Shown here: positions 19,819 to 26,985 of the stretch, piece by piece
Layout: each line of letters starts with the position of its first letter
Position numbering within the stretch: the first letter of the stretch is position 1
Assembly (NCBI GenBank): GCA_964451785.1
Contig: CAYVJG010000012.1
Coordinates: 5,620 to 69,619, forward strand
Direction: 5' to 3'
Length of the DNA: 64,000 nt
Source of the DNA: an uncultured Flavobacteriaceae bacterium
GTDB lineage: Bacteria; Bacteroidota; Bacteroidia; Flavobacteriales; Flavobacteriaceae
The notes under the pieces: model-generated
What the model was told of the DNA's origin: nothing
The model's input: only the letters and a program-made list of their open reading frames with translations
Databases searched by the model: none
Program-made: the position numbers and the translations under genes

Positions 19819-21711
19819 TTGCGCGAGGCCAATGGCTTTTACATCGCCCCTAATGACACCCCGCAGAATCAATTGCTGCGGCAGCAATACCGCACCAGTA
19901 TGAGCTATAATGACAATCAAGACATTAGCGTGAAATACCAAGACCACCACCAAGCCGTGGTGGGCAACTTGACGCCGCCTCAGTCGAGCGCGCTGCAGCA
20001 GGTTTTTCCGACAAGCTACATCTTGGTATATGACGATTATGCCACGGGCAGCTTTTCGGCGGGCAACTACACCTATGTGCAGCCACACGCCCCGCGCACC
20101 CTGGTGGTGAAACCAACTGTTCCTACGGCGAGCAACGACCCGCGCATTAGTCATAAAAAACTGCAGTATGACGCTAATGGAAATTTGACAAGCGTTTCTC
20201 AGAACATTACAACTCCCGGAGCGCCATTAGCCGACACGCAGCTGCTTTTGCGCCAGTATCGCTGGGACGAAGAAAACCGATTGCGCGCTGTTGACTTGCA
20301 GCCTGAAAACCCAACTAACCAGCCCAAAATTGCGGCTTACACTTATGATGCAAGCGGGCAACGCGTGGTGCGCTATGTGTCTGAACAGTTGAAAGCTTAT
20401 TTTAGTGGTCACCCCTCCGGGCGGGCACACCAACTGGAAATAGCGGTGTATCCCAGTGGTTTTATCTCGGCAAAAGCCTTGACTGAACGGGGGATACACA
20501 AGGAATTTATGACCTATACCAAGCATTTTTACATCGGCAGTCAACGCGTGGCTAGCGTGAAGGGCGGCAGCAATGGTGTGGGGCGGTATTTGAGCAACAG
20601 TAGCTTGGAAACGGCAAGCTCCTATTTTGGAATTTTGCAAGAAAAGCGACAGACCGCCACCCAAGCCTTAGCCGCCGATTATGCGGCTTTCAACAAAACC
20701 CTAACCCTGCCACAGCCGTTTGCGCTCTCGCCCATTACGTCAAGCTCCTACCGACAACAGCGCCACACCTACTGGTTTCACCCCGACCACCTCGGCAGCT
20801 CGAGTTATATTTCAAATATAAACGGGAGGATTTCACAGCATATAGAATACTTCCCTTTCGGCGAAACCTTGGTTGAAGAACACAAAAACTCCAATAACTC
20901 GCCTTATAAATTTAATGGCAAAATGCTAGACGCTGAAACCGGGAATTATTACTACGGCGCAAGATATTACAACCCTAAATGGAGCCTGTGGCTGAGCGTT
21001 GACCCGCTGGCGGAAAACTACCCCGGCTGGTCACCGTATAATTATACCTTGTATAATCCGGTGCGGTTTGTGGACCCGGATGGGCGGAGTGTGGCGATGC
21101 CGGACAACTGGTATAAGAACAAAGAAACAGGTGAAGTAATTTGGATTGATGGGGATAAGGATTATTACGGTTACGAAAACTTAGGATTTGATCATCATGA
21201 GGTTTTTCGTAAAAACCCTGATGATTTGTGGTTGACCCGTGTACAGTATGATGGAGATACAAAAACAAAATCGGTTAACCGTCAAGTGGTCAAACATTAT
21301 GAATCGAGTACAATGCGCAAAGGATACAATTTTGTAATGGACAACTTTGTCGGTTCTACGATGGCAGGGGTACAAGAATTGGGTTGGATAGTCGTTGGGA
21401 CAGGAATTGCCGTAAAAGCCCAGTTTAAAGAAGTGATGAATGGCGGCGATGGTTTGGGCATACACATTGATATGGCTATGCCCATTTATGTCATTCAAAA
21501 CGGGAAACTTATGAAAATGGATTTAGCTGAATATTCCTTTGGGGAATTAGTGAGTAATGGGTTTTCGGGACTGACTGCATTGGCTGGAGGGACAAGTACT
21601 GTGTTTAAAACAGGAATAAAAGAATGGTATGGTGAAGCTATTGATTATTTGGCAGATAAAACCTTAGGATATTATATTGGCGAAGGATTGGGAAAATTAA
21701 AGGGGAAGTAA
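19819..21711 (+). CDS. 5'-truncated RHS/YD-repeat core fragment with an unrecognised C-terminal toxin tip
   Basis: YD repeats are present (QYDANGNLTS, YTYDASGQRV). The RHS-associated core end is YYYGARYYNPKWSLWLSVDPL..YNPVRFVDPDGR at ~20950-21087. About 200 aa of lower-GC tip follow. The frame is open from 19750 and the track start is a TTG. No N-terminal RHS part lies upstream. Confidence 0.85.
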   Translation: MREANGFYIAPNDTPQNQLLRQQYRTSMSYNDNQDISVKYQDHHQAVVGNLTPPQSSALQQVFPTSYILVYDDYATGSFSAGNYTYVQPHAPRTLVVKPTVPTASNDPRISHKKLQYDANGNLTSVSQNITTPGAPLADTQLLLRQYRWDEENRLRAVDLQPENPTNQPKIAAYTYDASGQRVVRYVSEQLKAYFSGHPSGRAHQLEIAVYPSGFISAKALTERGIHKEFMTYTKHFYIGSQRVASVKGGSNGVGRYLSNSSLETASSYFGILQEKRQTATQALAADYAAFNKTLTLPQPFALSPITSSSYRQQRHTYWFHPDHLGSSSYISNINGRISQHIEYFPFGETLVEEHKNSNNSPYKFNGKMLDAETGNYYYGARYYNPKWSLWLSVDPLAENYPGWSPYNYTLYNPVRFVDPDGRSVAMPDNWYKNKETGEVIWIDGDKDYYGYENLGFDHHEVFRKNPDDLWLTRVQYDGDTKTKSVNRQVVKHYESSTMRKGYNFVMDNFVGSTMAGVQELGWIVVGTGIAVKAQFKEVMNGGDGLGIHIDMAMPIYVIQNGKLMKMDLAEYSFGELVSNGFSGLTALAGGTSTVFKTGIKEWYGEAIDYLADKTLGYYIGEGLGKLKGK

Positions 21712-21899
21712 TGGGATTACCTGGTTTAATAGGGATGTGTATCAGGTTTATATTTGTATTTCATTGCAGTTTCAAAAAGAAAAATGAGGCAACAAAAAAA
21801 GATATGGATGCAGAGAAAGCCAAGGATGGTCAGGTCGGATTAATTGGCTTAATTGTAATTATTATAGCAATGGGGGTTACTTATGAATTGATGCACTAA
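21711..21899 (+). CDS. 62 aa two-TM membrane protein, candidate cognate immunity protein
   Basis: Its ATG overlaps the toxin stop (gTAATGg). Hydrophobic segments are GLPGLIGMCIRFIFVF and VGLIGLIVIIIAMGV, joined by a charged loop. A paralogue sits at 22140-22331. Confidence 0.6.
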   Translation: MGLPGLIGMCIRFIFVFHCSFKKKNEATKKDMDAEKAKDGQVGLIGLIVIIIAMGVTYELMH

Positions 21900-21939
21900 G
21901 TAGTTAAGGTTATTTTACAGTATTCAAAACGGGAAACTA

Positions 21940-22140
21940 ATGAAAATGGATTTAGCCGAATATTCTTTTGGGGAGTTAGTGAGTAATGGGTTTTCTGGGA
22001 TAACAACTTTGGCCGGAGGTGTTGGTTCTGTACTGAAATCAGGAATTAAAGGAAAATTTGGAGATATATTAGATTTTTCATCTGAGAAAGTCACAGATTA
22101 TTATATTGGAGAGAGATTAAAGGAGTTAAAAGAGAGATAA
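21940..22140 (+). CDS. Orphan copy of the toxin C-terminal tail (last ~70 aa)
   Basis: The frame is open from 21904. IQNGKLMKMDLAEYSFGELVSNGFSG is identical to the main toxin at 21493 onward, then diverges. There is no RHS core upstream. Confidence 0.6.
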   Translation: MKMDLAEYSFGELVSNGFSGITTLAGGVGSVLKSGIKGKFGDILDFSSEKVTDYYIGERLKELKER

Positions 22141-22331
22141 TGGGGTTGCCAGGTTTAGTAGGAATAGTTATAAGATTTATTTTTGTATTTCGCTTTAGTC
22201 TAAAAAAGATGGACAAAGCATCGAGGGAAAATTCTGACAGCGAAAAACAAAAAGATGCACAAGTAGGTCTAATAACCATTTTCGTCTTTATAATCGGCGT
22301 GATAATTTGGGGTGCGATATGGTATCCTTGA
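22140..22331 (+). CDS. 63 aa two-TM membrane protein, second immunity paralogue
   Basis: It has the same TAATG overlap with the orphan tail. MGLPGLVGIVIRFIFVF..VGLITIFVFIIGVII parallels 21711-21899. Confidence 0.6.
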   Translation: MGLPGLVGIVIRFIFVFRFSLKKMDKASRENSDSEKQKDAQVGLITIFVFIIGVIIWGAIWYP

Positions 22332-22334
22332 TTA

Positions 22335-22757
22335 TTGTTTCACGGAATTTACATAGACGGAATAGGCAGCACTAATATGGGTGTTATAACAGGTTCAGGC
22401 GCGAGCTCTCGAATAGGCTACGACGAGCTGACAGGTTTTGGAAGCGAAGCCGGCAGTAGCCGATTGGGGAAACTACTTCAGTCGGTGGCGTTATTTTTTC
22501 AAGCGTTGATGCCGGGAGAGGATAACACAATGACCACTACCGTTGTGAAACCGGGGAGGACAAATCAGCTTCCGGCGGAAAAAAAGGTGAAAATGATAAA
22601 ATTTAAAGTGGTGGAAATTAACAATAAAACGTTTTACCCATCAGGTGCGTATGACTATAGAGAGTTCGATACACTAGTCCCTATAAATGGTGTCGAAAAT
22701 TTTAAAATAATGACAAGTAAGGATAGAGATTCAGTCTATAGATATCCGAAATATTAA
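22335..22757 (+). CDS. Hypothetical protein; possible further orphan toxin fragment
   Basis: The frame opens immediately after the stop of the preceding gene. The track start is TTG and the first ATG is at 22377. The 5' half is G+C-richer (Gly/Ser-rich) and the 3' half AT-rich. I recognise no motif. Confidence 0.4.
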   Translation: MFHGIYIDGIGSTNMGVITGSGASSRIGYDELTGFGSEAGSSRLGKLLQSVALFFQALMPGEDNTMTTTVVKPGRTNQLPAEKKVKMIKFKVVEINNKTFYPSGAYDYREFDTLVPINGVENFKIMTSKDRDSVYRYPKY

Positions 22758-22764
22758 TAACAAT

Positions 22765-23271
22765 ATGAAAAAAATATTAATAACAATCATATGCATAGGG
22801 GTATTGTTTTCTTGTAACAATACTAAGCACTCTTCTCATAATAAGGAAAATATAAAACCTTTAAAAGATACACTATGGCTTGAATTTACCCCTGAAAATA
22901 ATGATTCACTAAAGGTTGCTGTAAATTATTATTTTGGGATAGACACATTGGCTTCCCAAGAAGTTATGGATAGAGCTACTATTTTTTACTTTACTTTTAG
23001 AGAAATATCGATTGATGAATTAAAGAAAATTATTTTCTTAAAGTATAGTGAAAAACGGAGAAATGAAGTCAATGAAAATAAAATCAGCCAAATTCATATA
23101 CCTGTTAATAAGCAGTATAGTTTCTATGTGCAATTAGGAACTAAAAAAGTTCATCATTTAACAGGAATGGTTGTTGACAATTTTTTAATTAAAATTAAGG
23201 ACTCTATAAAAAGCGATACCGTAGTTGTAAGAAAAGTAGGAACGTCTATAGAACAGTACTTTAAGTTTTAA
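22765..23271 (+). CDS. Small lipoprotein; candidate immunity partner of 22335-22757
   Basis: 168 aa with leader ICIGVLFSC. It starts 8 nt after the preceding stop. It is AT-rich with no recognisable family. Confidence 0.45.
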   Translation: MKKILITIICIGVLFSCNNTKHSSHNKENIKPLKDTLWLEFTPENNDSLKVAVNYYFGIDTLASQEVMDRATIFYFTFREISIDELKKIIFLKYSEKRRNEVNENKISQIHIPVNKQYSFYVQLGTKKVHHLTGMVVDNFLIKIKDSIKSDTVVVRKVGTSIEQYFKF

Positions 23272-23337
23272 ATTGAGTTAAGTCAGTTCTAATAGCCTAT
23301 TGGCAGGTAAATCTTACACATAATTGCATAGCAAAAC

Positions 23338-23420
23338 AATTTTACATATCTTTAACAAATGCAAATCAACCGTCTCGCTTTCAACAAAACCCTAACCCTG
23401 CCACAGCCGTTTGCGCTCTC
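23338..23420 (+). repeat. Right 58 bp direct repeat plus an exact 44 bp copy of internal RHS sequence
   Basis: 23338-23395 matches 19732-19789. 23377-23420 is identical to 20686-20729 (gctttcaacaaaaccctaaccctgccacagccgtttgcgctctc). It contains an ATG at 23359 heading a 25-codon mini-ORF. Confidence 0.85.
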
Positions 23421-23500
23421 TTGCTTTCTTATATAAATCCTCTTTATAAAGGCTTGTAGTTTGGTGGAGTTCCTTATATTTATCGCAAATTTAGAAGGAC

Positions 23501-24319
23501 ATGGAAGAATTAAAAAATAAGATTTTAGCAGCTTGGGATAATCGAGAGCTCTTAAAAGAAGAAGCAACTAAAGCAGCCATTAAAGAAGTGGTTAACTTAT
23601 TAGATGCAGGTAAATTGCGCTGTGCTGAACCAGATGCTAATGGCGGATGGCAAGTTAACGAATGGGTTAAAAAAGGCGTTGTGTTGTATTTTCCTATTCA
23701 AGAAATGAAAACCCTCGAAGCTGGTATCTTTGAATATCACGACAAAATGCCACTAAAATCAGGCTATAAAGAAAAAGGCATTCGTGTGGTGCCTAACGCT
23801 GTAGCTCGCCATGGCGCTTATATTTCAAAAGGAGTCATCATGATGCCTAGTTATGTCAACATCGGCGCTTATGTTGATGAAGGTACTATGGTTGACACCT
23901 GGGCAACAGTGGGAAGTTGTGCTCAAATTGGCAAAAATGTGCACCTTTCGGGTGGCGTGGGCATTGGTGGCGTGCTCGAACCTCTACAAGCGGCTCCTGT
24001 GATTATTGAAGACAACGCATTTATCGGTTCGCGTTGTATTGTAGTTGAAGGGGCACGCGTTGAAAAAGAAGCAGTACTAGGGGCTAATGTGGTGTTGACG
24101 GGATCAACTAAAATTATCGATGTCACTGGCGATGAGCCTAAAATTATGAAAGGAGTAGTGCCAGCGCGTAGTGTGGTGATTCCTGGAAGCTATACCAAAT
24201 CTTTTCCGGCTGGTGATTTTCAAGTGCCTTGTGCCTTGATTATCGGAAAACGCAAGGAGAGTACTAATAAAAAAACATCGCTTAACGATGCACTTCGTGA
24301 ATACAATGTGTCTGCTTAA
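23501..24319 (+). CDS. dapD: 2,3,4,5-tetrahydropyridine-2,6-dicarboxylate N-succinyltransferase
   Basis: 272 aa with hexapeptide-repeat region (GAYVDEGTMVDTWATVGSCAQIGKNVHLSGGVGIGG) and a typical DapD N-terminus. Confidence 0.9.
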   Translation: MEELKNKILAAWDNRELLKEEATKAAIKEVVNLLDAGKLRCAEPDANGGWQVNEWVKKGVVLYFPIQEMKTLEAGIFEYHDKMPLKSGYKEKGIRVVPNAVARHGAYISKGVIMMPSYVNIGAYVDEGTMVDTWATVGSCAQIGKNVHLSGGVGIGGVLEPLQAAPVIIEDNAFIGSRCIVVEGARVEKEAVLGANVVLTGSTKIIDVTGDEPKIMKGVVPARSVVIPGSYTKSFPAGDFQVPCALIIGKRKESTNKKTSLNDALREYNVSA

Positions 24320-24361
24320 TACGGAAATGATTTTTGGTCTATTTTGAATGTCACTTCCGTA
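24320..24361. repeat. Minimal 42 bp R4 element (the two R4 termini joined head to head)
   Basis: tacggaaatgattttt-gg-tctattttgaatgtcacttccgta. It begins on the nucleotide after the dapD stop. Confidence 0.7.
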
Positions 24362-24433
24362 TAAGCTTTAATAAATAACTTTTTAAAGGACTTGCCTCTC
24401 TTTGCGACAAGTTCTTTTTTTAGCACTTTAATT

Positions 24434-24787
24434 ATGGAAAATACAGTTTTTTATTTGTCGTCATGTTCAACCTGTAAACGTATTTTAGACAGTGTAAATC
24501 TACCTGAAGATTTTGCGCAACAAGATATCAAAAATCAGCCGATGACCGCTGCTCAGCTCGATGAACTCAAAGCTTTGTCAGGAAGTTATGAAGCGCTGTT
24601 TAGTAAGCGTGCTCAGTTGTATCGCCAACGCAACTTAAAAGCGCAAAATTTGACAGAATCAGATTATAGAACTTTGCTTTTAGAGCACTATACATTTTTG
24701 AAACGACCGGTATTTGTTATCGATGGACAGGTTTACATAGGTAATTCTAAAAAGATTGTCGCTCAAGTGCAAGAAGCCTTGCACTAA
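24434..24787 (+). CDS. ArsC/Spx-family (arsenate reductase-like) protein
   Basis: MENTVFYLSSCSTCKRIL has the N-terminal Cys motif. The start is set at the ATG at 24434 rather than the upstream TTG of the track ORF. Confidence 0.75.
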   Translation: MENTVFYLSSCSTCKRILDSVNLPEDFAQQDIKNQPMTAAQLDELKALSGSYEALFSKRAQLYRQRNLKAQNLTESDYRTLLLEHYTFLKRPVFVIDGQVYIGNSKKIVAQVQEALH

Positions 24788-24805
24788 ATTCCAAAAATGT
24801 AAACC

Positions 24806-24839
24806 CATAAAAAAACCGCTTTTCAATAGAGAAGCGGTT
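24806..24839 (-). terminator. Terminator hairpin between convergent genes (T-run on the minus strand)
   Basis: aaccgcttttc-aata-gagaagcggtt, with aaaaaaa on the plus side, which reads as a T-run for the minus-strand M48 gene. Confidence 0.7.
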
Positions 24840-24859
24840 AATTAATCGACAAGAAAATA

Positions 24860-25675
24860 TTAGCGTTTAAACTGGGTGACGCCAAATTTTCGAGCAGTAG
24901 CTTTTGCAGCATCTACCCAACCTTGAATGTTGTTAATGCGGGTTTGATTAGAGGGGTGAGTGCTCAAAAACTCAGGAGGTTGTTGTCCACCATTTTGACT
25001 CATACGCTGCCATAAACTGACTGCTACACTAGGGTCATAACCCGCTACAGCCATTAAATCTAGTCCCAATTTATCGGCTTGGGTTTCAAATTTTCTACTG
25101 TAAGGAAGGGTAACCCCTAGCTTAGTGCCAACGCCATAAGCCTTATTGAAAATTTCTCCGTATTCAGTGTTGCTTAAGGCCTCACTACCCACTTGACCAA
25201 CCATACCTTGAATTTGCTCTTGACTCATGCGGCGTTGCCCATGATTGAGTAAGGCATGTGATACTTCGTGCCCTAAAACTACGGCTAAGCCCGCTTCATC
25301 TTTGGTAATAGGTAGAATGCCGGTGTACACAACAATTTTTCCGCCAGGCATGCACCAGGCATTTACTTGGTTGCTCTTTACCAAGTGATATTCCCATTTA
25401 TAGTCTTTTAAATAACCTGCTTTGCCTTTGGCACGTAGTATTTTTTCAGCAGCTTCGGCTATTTTCTGCCCTACTTTTTTGACTAATGCCGCTTCAGGGG
25501 TGCCTGTTACAACTTGATTCTCCTCTAAAAAAGCATCATATTGACTGAAAGCCATAGGAAAAAGTTGTGAGTTTGGTACTAAAGCTAAGTTTTGTTTTCC
25601 TGTAAAAGGATTGACTTGACAAGCTTGCATGATGCCTATAACTAGCAAAGCTGTAATAATTTTTGAGGTTTTCAT
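24860..25675 (-). CDS. M48-family zinc metallopeptidase, lipoprotein
   Basis: 271 aa with leader VIGIMQAC and the HEVSH motif within VLGHEVSHALLNHG. Confidence 0.85.
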   Translation of the reverse strand: MKTSKIITALLVIGIMQACQVNPFTGKQNLALVPNSQLFPMAFSQYDAFLEENQVVTGTPEAALVKKVGQKIAEAAEKILRAKGKAGYLKDYKWEYHLVKSNQVNAWCMPGGKIVVYTGILPITKDEAGLAVVLGHEVSHALLNHGQRRMSQEQIQGMVGQVGSEALSNTEYGEIFNKAYGVGTKLGVTLPYSRKFETQADKLGLDLMAVAGYDPSVAVSLWQRMSQNGGQQPPEFLSTHPSNQTRINNIQGWVDAAKATARKFGVTQFKR

Positions 25676-25686
25676 GAGTTAAGATG

Positions 25687-25819
25687 TTATACCAATTAGA
25701 ATTATTTTTTAGTCCGATTTATAATATCTTTTGTAGGTATAATACCGTGGGCCATAAATTAACGAGTACGATGAGATAAAGTCGAAATTGGACTAGTTAA
25801 TTTATCCATACGGTATTAG
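25687..25819 (-). mobile_element. R3 MITE/REP-like element, copy 3 (reverse orientation)
   Basis: It is the reverse complement of the 19409-19541 family. Its ggtataa end lies 11 nt upstream of the M48 start codon. Confidence 0.8.
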
Positions 25820-26070
25820 TGCTGTATGTTACAAAATTATGATTTTTTATTGTAATTTTATTTTTCTTTCACTCAAAACCTCTTCTGAAGCGAACTCATT
25901 TTGGCGTGAATCTTGTAGGTTTAGTGTAGAGGGGCATGTAAAGTTTTATGTTGTTGGAGCTAAAATTGGATATATAAAATTCGGCTTTTATAGACCTTAT
26001 TAAAGGTGTATAATAACTGATATGCCACTTAGAATTTTGGGACAGTAATGTTTAATGAGAAGTATGGGTT

Positions 26071-26574
26071 ATGAAAACGAGATGGTGTTATATGATTGTA
26101 TTGCTTTTGATGTGGGGCTGTCAAGGAAATGCCCAGGAAAATAAAGATATGCCTAAATTTGCTGTACAAAAAACAGAACAGCAATGGCGAGCAGAACTCA
26201 CTCCTGAAGAATATCATATTTTGCGTGAAGCAGGTACTGAACCGCGATTTTCAAGTCCTATTTTAGATATTAAAGAAAAAGGTAAATTGGTTTGTGCCGC
26301 TTGTGGCAATGTGGTGTTTCTCAATCAATATCAATTTGAATCAGAATGCGGTTGGCCTAGTTTTGATCGCGCCGTAAAAGGAGCGGTGGTTTACCGAACT
26401 GATTACAAATTATTTTATCCGCGCACAGAAGTGTTATGCGCAAAATGCGGTAGTCATTTAGGACACTTGTTTAACGATGGTCCGCGTAAAACAACCGGTA
26501 AACGTTACTGTATCGATGGAGTAGCTTTAAACTTTATTGCTGATAAAAGCCCTATAAATAATAAGGAAAAATGA
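26071..26574 (+). CDS. msrB: Peptide-methionine (R)-S-oxide reductase with an N-terminal signal peptide (exported)
   Basis: 167 aa with leader MKTRWCYMIVLLLMWGC. It has two CxxC zinc motifs (CAAC, CAKC), CGWPSF, and the catalytic RYCIDG. Confidence 0.85.
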   Translation: MKTRWCYMIVLLLMWGCQGNAQENKDMPKFAVQKTEQQWRAELTPEEYHILREAGTEPRFSSPILDIKEKGKLVCAACGNVVFLNQYQFESECGWPSFDRAVKGAVVYRTDYKLFYPRTEVLCAKCGSHLGHLFNDGPRKTTGKRYCIDGVALNFIADKSPINNKEK

Positions 26575-26963
26575 AAAAATTTGCGATAGAAAAAACGGAA
26601 AGTGAATGGCGCAATCAGCTTTCTGAAGAACAATTTCACGTGTTGCGCGAAAAAGGAACTGAATATCCACATACCGGAAAGTACAATCTTCATTTTGAAG
26701 ATGGTACTTACGCTTGTGCCGGATGCGGTCAAGAATTGTTTGACAGTTCAACAAAATTTGAAAGTAGTTGTGGTTGGCCTAGTTTTGATAAAGGCCTTGA
26801 AGGTCGAGTGATCTTTAAACGCGATACGAGTTTTGGCATGCTGCGCACCGAAGTGCTCTGTGCAAACTGTGGTGGTCACTTAGGGCATGTATTTAATGAT
26901 GGTCCTACAGCTACAGGTGAGCGATTTTGTGTAAATTCGGCCAGTCTAACGTTTAATAAATAA
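26571..26963 (+). CDS. msrB: Peptide-methionine (R)-S-oxide reductase (cytoplasmic)
   Basis: 130 aa with no leader. Motifs are CAGC, CANC, CGWPSF and RFCVNS. It overlaps the upstream msrB by ATGA. Confidence 0.9.
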   Translation: MKKFAIEKTESEWRNQLSEEQFHVLREKGTEYPHTGKYNLHFEDGTYACAGCGQELFDSSTKFESSCGWPSFDKGLEGRVIFKRDTSFGMLRTEVLCANCGGHLGHVFNDGPTATGERFCVNSASLTFNK

Positions 26964-26985
26964 TCTAACCTAAAAATCATTTGTT

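Noticed and set aside
19786-21498. Several minus-strand ORFs (122, 63, 145, 97, 105, 62 aa) across the RHS fragment
   Set aside because: They lie antisense to the YD-repeat coding frame. Higher G+C suppresses stop codons there. Their products are Arg/Pro/Ala-rich nonsense-like sequences.
24392-24433. TTG-initiated extension of the ArsC-family ORF, and the similar ATG extension of the DegT aminotransferase at 57415-57465
   Set aside because: In both cases a downstream ATG yields the N-terminus typical of the family (MENTVFYLSSC.., MKKIQMVDL..). The extensions add unconserved-looking residues.
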